Below, piece by piece: positions 42,591 through 56,226 of a DNA stretch of 64,000 nucleotides. Positions within the stretch are counted from its first letter, which is position 1, and each line of letters opens with the position of its first letter. This DNA comes from the human T2T-CHM13v2.0 reference genome, Homo sapiens. The notes under the pieces were generated by a model that was given only the letters and a program-made list of their open reading frames with translations, was not told the origin of the DNA and did no database searches. The DNA lies in assembly GCF_009914755.1 (NCBI RefSeq), contig NC_060934.1, one strand, 5' to 3'. Made by a program: the position numbers and the translations under genes.

Positions 42591-44691
42591 TTACACTAAC
42601 AAGCATTTAACAAGTCCATTATAATGACGTAAAAATTGGCATTGTTTTCCTCCTAATGAACACATCAGTCACCCATGCAACCTATAAATATTTGACTATT
42701 AAATATACAATACCATAGGAGACAAAGATGAGGAAGGCAGTTGCTCCCTGAAAGACGAGTGGACCCTAGATGGAGGGATGAACACATTCGGAACAGAATC
42801 AATGTAACTCAACATCTGAGTCGGAGAGGCCAAGCAATAAGACTTTCAAAAAAGCAACCAGAAAGTAAGTACAGTGTGCCTGTAGTTCACAGCTGAGCCT
42901 GGCGTCATGAGCGCAAGCGTGCGGACACGCACCCTGGGCCCAAGTTTAAGATCAAATATAAGGAGCTTTCAACTTTAGTATTTAACTAGATCTTATTACA
43001 AAACAGCTTCTCTTGATTATAGTTTTTATCCAAAAAGTTCTCTAATTAAATTAATTTTCCCCTAAAAGACATTTGTCAATCTATTGTCCCATATAAACTA
43101 AATGGGTATATTAAAGAAAAAAGACAAATGTTTAATTTAGGGGGTTTGCCTATGACTTGGATAAGCATGATTTTCTTCTGGCCAAGCAGGGAGAAGCCAG
43201 ACCATACTGGAGCGAAGGAAAAGCACAAATTTCCACTCTGACCTCGGCTGGGCACCCGAGTTTCTGTCAGAAGTGGCTATGGTGCTTCCCACACACCAGC
43301 CTCTGATAAAACTCAGCCCAAGGGTGCGGGGAAAAGGCCATCTACTTCCGAAAGATCTATGAAGTGCAGACACATCAAAAGCTTCAGAAGACTATAAAGC
43401 ACCAAGGAGACCACTGCAACCTTGGAGTTTACAGAAAATGGTCAGCATCATGCGTGGCTGAGGTCCAGGGTCGGCTCCCAGCTGCCGCGATGCCGTGAGC
43501 GCAGCCCTGGCTTCCCCTCTGATGCAGAGAGCTGGTCACTCCGCCGGCTGCACTCAGAGCTCAGAACCTTCTAGATGAAAGCAACGTGTTCCTTTTAAAA
43601 TGGGGAACGGGGGCAGCAGAACTGAAGCTCTACGACTATCTCAACTACTGGGTTTCAGGGACACGTTAGGAAATCGTGAGACTCCAAATCTCAATTTCAT
43701 ACAGATTCCAGATTCACTACAGGTTCCAGAATTTCCTGAAACATTCTTTCAATTTATCACTCATGATTCCCTTGCCCAAGCTAATAAAATTCCTTACAGA
43801 AAAACTACCATAAGCACCACAACAAATAAGATCAACTGATGCCCGCCCTTCGCACCACATAAACTGTTACTCACACAAGACTGTGCTGGAGAAAGCTCTC
43901 AGCTTAAGCCGAATCTGTGAAACTTTATTTTCCCCATTTTAGATGGAGTGTGAAGACTGTCAGCAAACCAGGGCCCCAATATGAAGCAGAGAACAGATTC
44001 CTGACGCCTGCCTGAACATTTCATTGCCACCTCTGTCTTAGATATTGATCTCCCTCAGAACTACTCAATCACCCACATTTGCAGGTCACTTAACCAGCCA
44101 CCAGGATAACATAATTATGCAATAAAAATGCCTTCTCAGGGCTATGATACTCAACAAGGAAGCTCAGAAGGCTGGGTAAGCCCAAGAAAGGAGGAAGCGT
44201 CCTCCAAACAGACAAAAACCAAAGAAAACCGGGCAGAGACTCTCAGGAGAGCAGAAACGGAGCCCACTGCAGCCTTTCAGGCCGTGCCATTTCCACATAT
44301 GCATCCTGCTGGGCCCATCTGAAAGGTCCCACTTGCGAGACGTTCCCCCCCACTTCCGGCTCCTGTAAGACTCTCTGCAGCCCCACTCCACGCCGGGGTC
44401 CGACTGTGCAAGTCTTCCTGGCGAGAACCCCCGGAGCCTGCGCAGCGTGGAGACCGGGAAGCACCAAAGATACAGAAACCCACGAACCCGTTTCTCCTCG
44501 CGCTGCTTTCTGGGTTCTAAGTTGTCCTCAGAACGAGTCCTGCATAAACCCTGGGCTGGGGTGCCAGCCACGGCCCAGCAGCACCTGGCTCATGGGCTCC
44601 ACCCACCCCCCCAGAGGACCACTGAGGCCCCAGCACGCTCTGTCCGAGGGGGAAGACACCAGTCACAGCCACACAGCTCAGGGCACGGCCA

Positions 44692-45060
44692 CTCGCCCCG
44701 CTGCCGTAATTACCTGCTGTGATCTGAATTCTCATTGGTTGGGAGGGGATCTCACGGCCCCGCTGCCGTAATTACCTGCTGTGATCCGAATTCTCATTGG
44801 TTGGGAAGGGGATCTCTCGCCCCGCTGCGGTAATTACCTGCTGTGATCTGAATTCTCATTGGTTGGGAGGGGATCTCACGGCCCCGCTGCCGTAATTACC
44901 TGCTGTGATCCGAATTCTCATTGGTTGGGAAGGGGATCTCTCGCCCCGCTGCCGTAATTACCTGCTGTGATCTGAATTCTCATTGGTTGGGAGGGGATCT
45001 CATGGCCCCACTGCTGTAATTACGTGCTGTGATCTGAATTCTCATTAGGAAAGGGATCTC
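44692..45060. repeat. 62-bp minisatellite, 6 copies, alternating variants
   Basis: GCCCCGCTGCCGTAATTACCTGCTGTGATC(T/C)GAATTCTCATTGGTTGGGA(A)GGGGATCT; unit starts at 44695, 44757, 44819, 44881, 44943, 45005. Confidence 0.96.
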
Positions 45061-45884
45061 ACTGCTTAAGCACTCTGCTGCCTCCTTGCAAACAACAAAA
45101 AATCCAAAACCCCTCTTAAAGAACGTTTCTATAACCTCAAAACAAGACCCAACCCGAGACCAGGGAAGCTACACACGCACATCTGACATCTGACATCTGG
45201 TGGGCGTCAGTGACGGACGCCACAGCTTCCGTGTGGCGTGTGAAGCTGGAGGCCTGTCATGGTGACTCAGGCTGGGGTCTGAATAGGGGCCTTCCAAGCA
45301 ACTAGGCAGCCAGGACGCACACCCCAAACCCAAGTCCCTGCACTCATGTACGTGGCAGAAATGCTGCGTGGCCATCAACATCACTTAGGAACCAAGACCG
45401 ATCTGTGTCCCGTGGCCCTTAACGTCCGTACATGCCTGGGCCCAGCACGGCCTGCACGGCACCCTGCTCACCTCGGTGGGGCTCTCCTGCCAAGGAGGAT
45501 GGCCCTGAAGTCCGCTGAGATTTCCAAAGCTCTACAAAGTCGTCCTTCCTCCTGCTTATTCAGAAGGCCTAAAGCCTCGAAGACACCAGTGAGAACTGAC
45601 CTGCCTCTTTTAAGGCAGCTCAAACACCTAAACACAGGAACGGTCCTCAGCTGAGCTGCTGGACCTCTGCCCTCGAGAGCAGCTGATAACCCACTGGGCT
45701 AAGAAGGCACAGACTTCATTATCCAGAAGCCAGTGGTGCTCACGTCTGCATTCCAGGAGCCGCCTACATGAGTCCCTCCAAGACTTCCAAGTCCCACTTG
45801 ATTTTTTTCATTGTATCCCTCTATAACATCAGAGACGTTATATCTTAAATGGTATCTATGAGATCGTCTCTACCTTTATGAGCA

Positions 45885-46107
45885 CGTATGCTCCCTGACT
45901 TACCACGTGGCTAAACTGTTCTGATAAACCCAGCATAAGCTGAAAATATCCTAAATAGAAAGTGCATTTGACATAATAGTTTCGACTTACAACGGGTTCA
46001 TCCAGAGGCAGCCCATCTCGGCCCAAACGATGCAATGAGTGTGACTAGTTCACGCCATAAGGTTGAAAAATCACAAGTGTAAACATTGTGAGCCAGAGAC
46101 CATCTGT
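45885..46107 (+). mobile_element. MER47-like TcMar-Tigger element
   Basis: ATGCTCCCTGACTTAC...GATAAACCC..TAAGCTGAAAATATC...TTGAAAAATCACAAGT...GACCATCTG. Confidence 0.6.
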
Positions 46108-46469
46108 ATTGCGGCTTCTGTCTTCAGAGACAATGGAAACCTCTTCTTAGACAAGAATCACAATTTATAATCTTCAAAATGTTAAACTAAAATTAGTTTA
46201 ACAATCTACAGGTTCAAACAAAGCCAAAGTAGGCCCACAAGGCCATTTGTGTCATTCGCTAAGACGTACGACTCTGTAATAACCCACACCACAGCCCCTC
46301 AGTGTGGGTCCCAGAGGTGGCTGAGGCTTGCGGCTACAGACACCGTAATGAAACCAAAATCGGAGTCCGCAGCTGCGGTCAAGTCATATGACTTCTCCAC
46401 TAGAATATGCACAAATGTTCATCAGCAAATCTGGTCTTTGATCTACCTCCCTCTCATAACCTAAAAAGG

Positions 46470-47390
46470 AACACACACACCACACACACAGCCCCAACAC
46501 ACACACAGCCCCCCCACACACACCCCCACAGCCCCCCCCACACACACCCCACACACACAGCCCCAACACACACACAGCCCCCCCACACACACCCCCACAG
46601 CCCCCCCCACACACACCCCCACAGCCCCCCACACACAGCCCCTACACACACACACACACACACAGCCCCTACACACACACACACACACACAGCCCCTACA
46701 CACACACAGCCCCCCCACACACCCCCCCACAGCCCCCCCCACACACAGCCCCCCACACACACACCCCCACAGCCCCCCACACACACCCCCAGCCCCCCCC
46801 ACACACCCCCAGCCCCCCCACACACACCCCCCCCACACCCATCCCCCCACACCCACACACACACCCACACACCCCCCCCACCCCCCCCACACACACACCC
46901 CCCCACACACACCCCCCCACACACACACACCCCCCCCACACACACACACCCCCCCACACACACACACACACCCCCCCCCACACACACACCCCCCCCCCAC
47001 ACACACACCCCCCCCCACACACACACCCCCCCCACACACACACACACCCCCACACACACACACACCCCCCCCCCACACACACACCCCCCACACACACACA
47101 CACATCCCCCCCCACACACACATCCCCCCCCACACACACACATCCCCCCCCACACACACACACATCCCCCCACACACACACACACATCCCCCCCCACACA
47201 CACACACATCCCCCCCCACACACACACACATCCCCCCCCACACACACACATCCCCCCCCACACACACACATCCCCCCCCACACACACACATCCCCCCCCC
47301 ACACACACACATCCCCCCACACACACACACATCCCCCCCCACACACACACATCCCCCCACACACACACACATCCCCCCACACACACACCA
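46470..47390. repeat. ~920-bp C/CA low-complexity array (C-runs separated by (AC)n)
   Basis: Almost exclusively C and A; sub-units shift from CACAGCCCCCC to CACACCCCCC to CACATCCCCCC. Confidence 0.97.
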
Positions 47391-48659
47391 CTTCAAAAAC
47401 AATTCGTACTTGCATTCAATTCTGGGCATTCGGAATAGACCTAATGGGGGATAAACCTCTCCTCCAACCCATTGCTTAGTCTTCTTAGAGGATGAAGGAT
47501 TTTACATACCACGAGTCAGCATATAAAAGATCTTGTATAGAAATATACTTGCAAGTGGTTCTCATTACAGTGATTTGACTAATATACAAAGGACCCCAAC
47601 ACATGGCACAATGTCTATTAGAAGAATTTGTTCCCCTAAAAATCCTAATATCTACACAGAAGAAAACCCTATAAGCATGATTTTGTCATCACTTTACCAG
47701 TATAGTCATATAAACAAAAGGAGTATCACAAAAGCAAAGGGTAAGACCACGTTTGGTTTTTATGACTCGCAGTTCTAAATTTAATATGAAATTGCTAAAA
47801 CCACCAAGACAAACATGACTACAAAAATATTTAATGATCTTCACCTAAATTCAAGTCACCATTCAACCACCAATACCTCTGCTCTCCTTACAGGAACTTT
47901 CCAAAAGTAAATTCTGGAATTAACAGGACAAGTTTTTTCTGGTGATGGAAATTAGGAAGAAATTGGTTGAAGGCTGTTCCCTGGCTGTCAGAAACTTTTT
48001 CTCAATAGTATTTTGTAAAATAAAAGCATCAAATAGATCTTTACATTCACTTACAATCTATCAAACAATACTGGAGCAAGCTTGAAATACTAGCCACATC
48101 CTATCAGGGCTGACTAACATTCAATCAGCATCAGTCTCTCCTTTCAGCATCCACAGCTCATCTTCTCAAACCCACTTAAGATTTCATAATTAACTCAATT
48201 AAAAAACAATGTAAGTCATCTCCTTTATCTTTGACATGAAGGGCTAATTTCCCCCCAAAATAGTTCCTCTTTCCTTGATGTGATTTAGTCTGTGGTTAGA
48301 GTATTTAACAGGATAACTTGTGTTTCTTTCCTTCTTAGAAAATAAAATACATCACCTTTCCAATATCAAAAACACTAACTGATAATGCTATAGGTTAACC
48401 AGGTCAAAAGCATTTTTTAAGAAGTTAAAAAGAACCTAACTGCATCTTTGGATCTTATGTGAGGCAATGTCCAGGGTCACTGGGACCCCTGCTTGGTCAG
48501 TGCAGCCGGGTACCAATTAGAGACAGAAACCCAAGCGTTCACTCAAAGCCCCTTCCCAGCGGTTCTTCCTAGTGGAAGCGAGGGGCACAAAGGAATGCGG
48601 CATTCCACCGAGGGCTTTGGGGACAGGCTGCTTGAGAACATCAAAGTGGCTCACGTCCC

Positions 48660-49250
48660 CCAAATATAAAGCCAGTGACTGCTCCCAGCTTCAATGCAGC
48701 ACCGTCCACAGCAGCCAAGATCCGGAATCACCTGAGTGCCGGTCAACAGGGGATGAAGGGAATGTGGCCTGAGCATACACAGGAGCAGTACTCCACCACA
48801 CAGAGGAGAGAGCCCTGTCATCCACAACAGCATGGAGCTGGAGGACATTACATTAAGCAAACGAGCCAAGCACAGAAAGAAATGGTGCATGTTCTCACTC
48901 ATGAGCAGGAGCTGACAGCAGATGTCATGGAGGCCAAAAGTAGGTGGTCAGCAGGGCCCACTCATAAGCAGCATGGGGAGAGGCTGGTAAGGGGCACAAA
49001 CACACAGCCTGACAGGAGCACAAGATCTACTATTGATAAACCAGCAGGGGAATGTCAGTGGGTCACCTACTGTGTATTTCAAAACAGCTAGGAGAGAATA
49101 ACTTGAATGTTACTAGCACAAGGAAAAGAAAATGTTTAAAGTGAAAGACATCCCAATTACCCAGATTTGATCAATATAGGGACGTATCAAGGTATCACAT
49201 GCACCCTGAAAATATGTACATATATTATGTATCAACAAAAACAAAAATAA
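48660..49250 (+). mobile_element. L1MA-type 3' end with A-rich tail
   Basis: ACAGCAGCCAAGAT, GCTGGAGGACATTACATTAAG, GCATGTTCTCACTC, TATTTCAAAACAGCTAG, ATTACCCAGATTTGATCA, AATATGTACATATATTATGTATCAA. Confidence 0.8.
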
Positions 49251-49300
49251 ACCAATGACAGAATCGTTTGCGAAGCAAGTGCAGGTAAGAACGGGGAGCC

Positions 49301-50030
49301 AGACATGGTGTGGCTGTGTGTCCCCACCCAAATCCCATGCTGAACTGTAACCCCCAGTGTTGGAGGTGGGCCCTGGTGGGCGGTGACTGACTCATGGGGG
49401 TGGTTTCTAACCCCCCAGTGTTGGAGGTGGGCCCTGGTGGGAGGTGACTGACTCATGGGGGTGGTTTCTAACGCCCCAGTGTTGGAGGTGGGCCCTGGTG
49501 GGAGGTGACTGACTCATGGGGGTGGTTTCTAACCCCCCAGTGTTGGAGGTGGGCCCTGGTGGGAGGTGACTGACTCATGGGGGTGGTTTCTAACCCCCCC
49601 GTGTTGGAGGTGGGCCCTGGTGGGAGGTGACTGACTCACGGGGGTGCTTTCTAACCCCCCAGTGTTGGAGGTGGGCCCTGGTGGGAGGTGACTGACTCAC
49701 GGGGGTGCTTTCTAACACCCAGTGTTGGAGGTGGGCCCTGGTGGGAGGTGACTGACTCATGAGGGAGGTTTCTAATGGTTTAGCACAATCCCAAGTGCTG
49801 TCTCATGATAGTTCTCATGAGATCTGGTTGTTTGAAAGTGCATGGCACCTTCCCCTTCACTCTCTTTCCGGCCATGTAAAGACGTGCCTGCCTCCCCTTC
49901 ACCTTCCACCCTGATTGTAAGTTTCCCCAGATGTAGAAGCCTGTACAGCCCACAGAACAGTATGCCGATTAAACCTTTTTTCCTTATCAATTACCCAGCC
50001 TCAGGTAGTTCTTTATAGCAGTGGAAGAAT
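49301..50030 (+). mobile_element. MaLR LTR (MSTA/MSTB-like) with internal tandem amplification
   Basis: 5' ATGGTGTGGCTGTGTGTCCCCACCCAAATC; 3' ATTAAACCT...AATTACCCAGCCTCAGGTAGTTCTTTATAGCAG. Confidence 0.88.
49348..49775. repeat. 60/61-bp minisatellite, 7 copies, inside the MST LTR
   Basis: TAACCCCCCAGTGTTGGAGGTGGGCCCTGGTGGGAGGTGACTGACTCATGGGGGTGGTTTC. Confidence 0.96.
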
Positions 50031-50665
50031 AGCGCAGGCCGCAGGACCAGCAATGTTTTCCTTCTACCCAGCGGCCATCAAGGTCCCGCACTCTAGCTGG
50101 TTTTCCGAAGCCTTTGCCAGAGCACAGACTGTTTTTGGGAAACTAACTTTCCCCATCTCTGGCAAACCAGATGGGGCATCCTATTTGTCTCTTACCACCT
50201 TTCTCAGAGAAACCCCACCTCTGAAACAGCCTCCCACCAGGGCCTCTTTAGCAGCAGAAAAGCTGAGCATTCCTTGCACTTCCCTTGCTCTGAACAATTA
50301 AACATCTTAAGCTTCCTTTTTTTCCATCTTCCCCACTCACTGAAAAATCATCCGATGCTATTTTCCTAAGGCACACACGTAGGAAAGCAGTGCCATGAGA
50401 GCAGGGGCTCTTGTTCTCCCAGATCTGAGCCTGGCCCTCAAACACCAGCTGAATTCGTACTAACATGATATTCAGAGGCAGAAATGCAAATATCCCCACG
50501 ACTTCAAATACCCTAGGATCTAACAGGCCCAGTGACCCATGTAACTATGGTTTGTGCTGGGCCATTCAACTGGTGTCCGAATCCCTGTCCAAGTAAGCTC
50601 TTTAATTTCAAGATTTTCAGACAGCTTTTTTTTAAGGGATTATAGTTAAAATCAAGAATAACCCA

Positions 50666-50958
50666 GGACGGGTGCGGTGGCTCACGCCTGTCATCCCAGC
50701 ACTTTGGGAGGCCAAGGTGAGCGCATCACCTGAGGTCAGGAGTTCGAGACAGCCTGGCCAACATGTTGAAACCTCGTCTCTACTAATACGAAAAATGAGC
50801 CAGCCATGGTGACGGGCACTTATAATCCCAGCTACTCAGGAGGCTGAGGCAGGAGAATGGCGTGAACCCAGGAGGCGAGGTTGCAGTGAGCCAAGGTCAC
50901 ACCACTGCGCTCCAGCCTGGGCAACACAGCAAGACTCCGTCTCAAAAAAAAAAAATAA
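50666..50958 (+). mobile_element. Alu (AluSx-like)
   Basis: Full dimer with CACCTGAGGTCAGGAGTTCGAGAC and A tail. Confidence 0.93.
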
Positions 50959-52391
50959 ACCAATACACCCACTTAATTCTTCACCGATGTCAAATATATC
51001 AGCTAAAAGAAAAATAATATGAAAGCATGTGTTTACATTTCAATGTTGAATTTAACTATCTTTTAAGAAGATATGAAGATGGAAAGAAGTTCCCCAAGGA
51101 TGGAAGGAGAAAAAGCACAGTTAAGGAAATTTTAAAACCTCAGGAGAAAAACAAGTGTGGGGTAAGACCTCAAGGCAAAATTTTTCTTTGCACTTTGATT
51201 TCAAAAGAACAGAGATGCCCAAAATATGAACCCTCCCATCTGCATCTTATATTCCTCTACGTCCTTTGAAAGGCTGGAGATGGGATCCCAGGTTCCAAAG
51301 GGCCCGGCCACAGCTCACATCAGGTGGCATCTTTCACAGCCGTTTACTCCGCCGACTGTGTCTAGAGAGCTCTGTGGCCCAATTTACACAAAAAGGTCCT
51401 AATTTACACACATGTTCATTGCTTTGAACAGAGTCTCAAGAAATGAGACAAATATTGACGCTCCACAGAAGCAAGTATTCTCTTCCGGAAAGTCAAGAAG
51501 TGTCAGGTTCCCATGAGCCAAGCAGCTTGGTTACGGAAAGCACTGGCTGACTTGCTGGTTTACTGTTAAATGCATGTAAAATTTTAAGGGATCCGGCCCC
51601 CCTCCCAGTGGGTGTGCACGTTGAGCTGGCTGCAGCAGTGATGAACGCTGACCACGTTCTTTCCTGCAGTTTTGCTTCAAGCAGAGCATCCCACACCCAG
51701 GAAGAGGTCACAGGACAGCATGGCCCAAGGTCTAGGACCGTTCTAAGGAGAGCTACAGGCTGACTGCCTCGTCTGCAAAAAACAGTCACTCATTTCAGGG
51801 GAAATTACCAGAGTTCATAACATGTGAATTTTTAAAATTCAGATTTCTAATTTCATCCCATTAGAACTTTTGAAGAACAGATGTGCACCTGCTCCAAGCC
51901 AGTGAGAGGACGCTCGGACAGTCCCTTACAGGTCCTCGGCCTCCGCCTCCCACCTAGAAAACGTCAGCTAGAGCCGATCACAGTGCAGTGCGATTTTCTA
52001 TAAATAATGTGCACGCCTGCATCTGAGCTGAGATGTGAATGTCTGGAACGTGCCTGCCAGGCCCGGGAGGAACTGCAGCAGCTGTGGACACAAGCCCACT
52101 AAGGAATCCGATTTGGAGGGAACTCAAGGCACCTAAAACTGGTTCCACTGGTTTTTCTTGGCAAGGCTTGACCAGGCAAACAACTGCATTCGTCTCCACC
52201 CTGGAAATATGCGATTCCTTACCTCTCAATAATTGTCACTGTTTCTAATTCATGGTAATTGGGATGGGGACTTAACAGCAGGTAATTAGAGCAATTGCAG
52301 AATTTGCTACTGAATTACAATGGCAGATTCCTGAGAATGGAAGAACTGTTGCCCAGGAATGGAGTTCAACAGATCCTCTCCACACCCTGGT

Positions 52392-52524
52392 AAACATGGC
52401 ATTTCGCACACCTGCTTTGGTCCCCCAGCCACCCTCCTGATCTCAACAGGTCTTCCCTGTGCCCCGGGAAACATGGCGTTTCCACACACCCCTGCTTTGG
52501 TTCCCCGGCCACCCTCCTGATCTC
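52392..52524. repeat. Imperfect direct duplication (~55 bp, period ~77)
   Basis: AAACATGGC...CCTGCTTTGGT...GCCACCCTCCTGATCTC at 52392 and 52469. Confidence 0.8.
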
Positions 52525-55500
52525 GGCCATCTGATGGCATCACTCCCCACAGCTGGAAACACCTGACCTCTTGTCACCCTCCCATCTGCCCTGCCTTCCT
52601 CCAGCCCAGGATATTCAGGGATACCCACATACAGGACCAGGAAACCAGGCATTATCCTAAACCAGTGCCTGCATTCAACGTCCTCCATGGCAGGACAGTC
52701 ACCAACAGCCAACGCTCCCAGAACCTTCCACCTCAAAACAGGCACACATCTGGATTCAAGCTGACAACGCTGCATTCTCTTTGCCATGCACACATGGAGG
52801 CATGTCAGGTTCCACCTAAAAGGTATCACTGGGTTCCACGGTGGCTAGGAGCCCAAGCCGAGTCACACTTGGTGATCTCAATTCACCATCCACACAGAGA
52901 AGCCTGCAGTTTTCCTCCAGTGTATGGTGTGGATGATGGGTGCATTTCCCCTGGAGACTCGGAGACGGGAGCCTGGCCAAGGAGGCCAGAGTCACCCCAG
53001 CCCCCGCCAGGCCTGGACATGCACCTCTTTGTCTGCACACAGTACCCAAGTCTAACAGTGCCGGCTCTGTGGTGGGATCCGTCTCGGCCTGCAGAGGACC
53101 CGGGGCACAGGAACCATGCAGCCTGGCTGCAGCCAGAGGCCTAAGGGATCCCCCCACGAGGCTCTCCAGCCAAGGTGCCCTCACCACAGGCACAGCCGTG
53201 CAAGAGAACTGCCTGCTGAACTGGAAACGTCCCAATCTGCTCGGCCGACACAAAGACAACAGCCACCTACAGCTGCTGAGCCCCGAAACATGGCCACTGG
53301 GCCTGAAGGGCTGAGTCTTGAATGTGATCCATAAAGTTCCTTTCAAGTGTGTTTAGCTGTGTAATCAAATCTTTATTCTAATGAAATTTAAAGGAGCCTC
53401 TGGCTACGGGCTCCCTTGCCGGGTATCGCGGCTCCAGGGAGTAGGTATGGGAAGGAGAGGCCCAGAGCCTCTCTGCATTCTCCACACTGATCCAACACGT
53501 CATCATAAGGAAAAGCACTCCAGCAGGAGAGGTGTGCATGGGAAGAACTGGGTTGGCCCTGACACAAGCGTGACCCCCATGGCATCACAGTTGCCTCAGC
53601 CAAGAGACAAGAGACAATGACACCCAGCTGGACAGGCCACCAGATGTGATGACACAGCCGAAGCGCTGGTCCCACGCCAGCCAGAAACCACCAGCTGCTC
53701 GTCCCATGTGAAACAGGCAGCGCTGTCCCAAGCCCTCATTAAGAAAGGAGAATTAAGGAAGCAATTCCCGTGATTCCCACGACACACGTGACACTTCTCG
53801 GAGAGAGACACAGGCTTCACTGTGAAAGTGCAGAGGACGGTGCGGTCCCTAGGCGGGCTGCTTCTCCCAACGATCGGGGAAGAAATGAGATCTGTTTCCC
53901 TGTAGGAAAATCATTTGTACCGTGATTAGACAGAAGACAGAAGGTGGCTGATGTTATCAAATCACCAAGCACTGCATGGCTGCTTCTGCAAGGAGGGCCT
54001 GGAAACTCGCAGCCACCCGCATAGGGGCCACGGTGTTTACAATGGAGACACAGGTGACTATGAGGTCTGGCTTCCTCAGGGACGCTAAATTTGAACTTTC
54101 GCCACTGAGGAATCAGTCATTTACAGTCACTCACCCTCAATGCAGAAGAGGGCTCAAGACACTGCACCAGACTTCAACTCTCAGGGTTAGGGTCAGAGTC
54201 ATCAAATTCACCAGTTTTACAAAACGTCTATTTACTTCGGATGCCAGAAGAGATGTAGGTTCATATACACACACACACCCGCCCCACACACACACACAGG
54301 GTTTGCTTAGCCTCTTCACCAGCGCATTTCACCGACAGATGACACATCCATGCCTCATCCATGGCAACACAGAAACCCACTTGGAAGACAGCCACTCCCA
54401 CCAAGCTTCTTGACTTTAGTGTTTAAAATCTGCGTCTCATGCGTGAGATTACACTCCTCCGAACAGACATTGCGCCTGTGTCACTTCACCCAAAAGGGCT
54501 TTAGGAAACGACACGCAGCCCAGATGCCAGAGGTTGCCGGCCGTCTTACTCTAGCCTGATTCCTTTGTGCCTGTAGGGAGGCTCCACAGATACAGCCCGC
54601 TCACATTAATGACCACATGAGAAGCTCAGACCATAGACAAACTCAGTGCTGCATTTTTCCACATTTATCACCCTTTTGTTTTATCCTGAAGACGCTGAGA
54701 AAGGCTGGGGCAGATCTCCTCCTTGAGTGTAATGACTCCAGGCACTTCTCTTCACCCAGGTCATCCCTCAGTCACACACACTTGAGAAACAAAAGCAATT
54801 CTGTTCTCTTCACTCTGGGTTCCAAGTACTAAATTCCTCGATTTTATCAATTAGATTATCAAGCAGCCGTTTGTAATCTGGACCGCAATCCGATACAAAA
54901 TTTAAAGCTAATTTAGGTGGCAGTAATAGCTCCTATTTACGTTACAGACAAGCATGAATGAAAACTTTAATCTGTGTTTATTGTCCATAGGACCCATTTT
55001 GTAAACAAACCAATTATTCAAGCAAGGATTGTCTTCAGTCAGACGCAAATTAATTTGCTTTGTTCATAAAAGATTTTCTTATTTTAGGAATTTTTAAATC
55101 CATGGTCTGCATTTCCCAAGCCTGTCTCTGCACAGCGGGACTTCCCAGGGCATCCCATCAGCGGGCCCACTGAACAGAATAAGCAGGCAGCCCCCAGACC
55201 AGGAATCAAGTCTGAGCCCCAACAGCCCCTCGCCCAGCCAGGGCTTCCTCACCAGCACAGCACCCAGAGGTCTGCCAGGTTTAATGCCACGTGTGCGTGG
55301 AGAGCAGAGTGCGGGAAGGACCACAGTGGACATTCTACAAATGCAAATTCCCTCCTGGAATAGCCCAGCAACCCTGTGTACCTTCCTCAAAGTACCCAGG
55401 CCAGGCAAGCATAGAGAGTCTAATGGGGTGCCTAGGAATCAGCATTTAACACAATTCTGATGAAAATATTTGAGAGCCACGCCCATCAGCGAGAGGCCGC

Positions 55501-56226
55501 CGTGGCCTCTACTCATTTGCAGGCTCTGAAAAGACAGATTCAGATAACAGGCCAGACAGGACAAGGATGGGGAGGTGGAGGGCAAATTCCATGGACCACC
55601 AACCACCCCCCATCCCCACTGAGACTCCGTGATTTAAGGAAAGAAAGCCAGGGAGGGACTGAGATTTCACATAAAATGCGTAGCACATGGCTAAGGGCCA
55701 AGGTTAGGCAAGCCAGGAGCACACAACGGGGTTCACAGGCCCAGAGGTGCCCCCACACCCAGACCCCATGCAGACCTCCCAGGCACTGCCTCTGTGCCTC
55801 CCGCCTGACTTATTTCCTGCCCCCCGCCCCTACTGTGGTTTCTCAGCCGCCCCCTGAAATACACGACCTCCGCCCCCCACTACCGCACATGCCTCTCTAC
55901 AAACTTGGGGGACTGCAAATAGCAGCGGGGTAAGAGCTGGGCTCTAGGGCCAACGTCCTGGCTGAGACACTAGTTCCACCCCACTCAGCTGTGATGTGAG
56001 CCCCTGAGATTTCTCAAATGTGAGATGGGAATGGTAACTGAACCCACTTCCCAGGGTGGCTGTGGAGACTGAGACCACACATGGCCATATCACGGCATCC
56101 AGCACACGTGGGACCCTAGCCGTGTTGCCCTTGATGGGAATCCTTCTATGCACCCTCTGCCACCAGGGCCAACTCCCAACAGTAGCTGTGGAGGGTGTGT
56201 CCTCTATTCCCACTCCACCCACCTCC

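Noticed and set aside
46407-47438. Long Pro/His/Thr and Cys/Val/Gly ORFs (239-343 aa)
   Set aside because: Translation of a stop-free C/CA simple repeat, open in several frames on both strands
52275-52288. 14-mer TAATTACCTGCTGT shared (inverted) with the 62-bp VNTR
   Set aside because: Exact 14-mer matches are expected by chance when 64 kb is compared with itself
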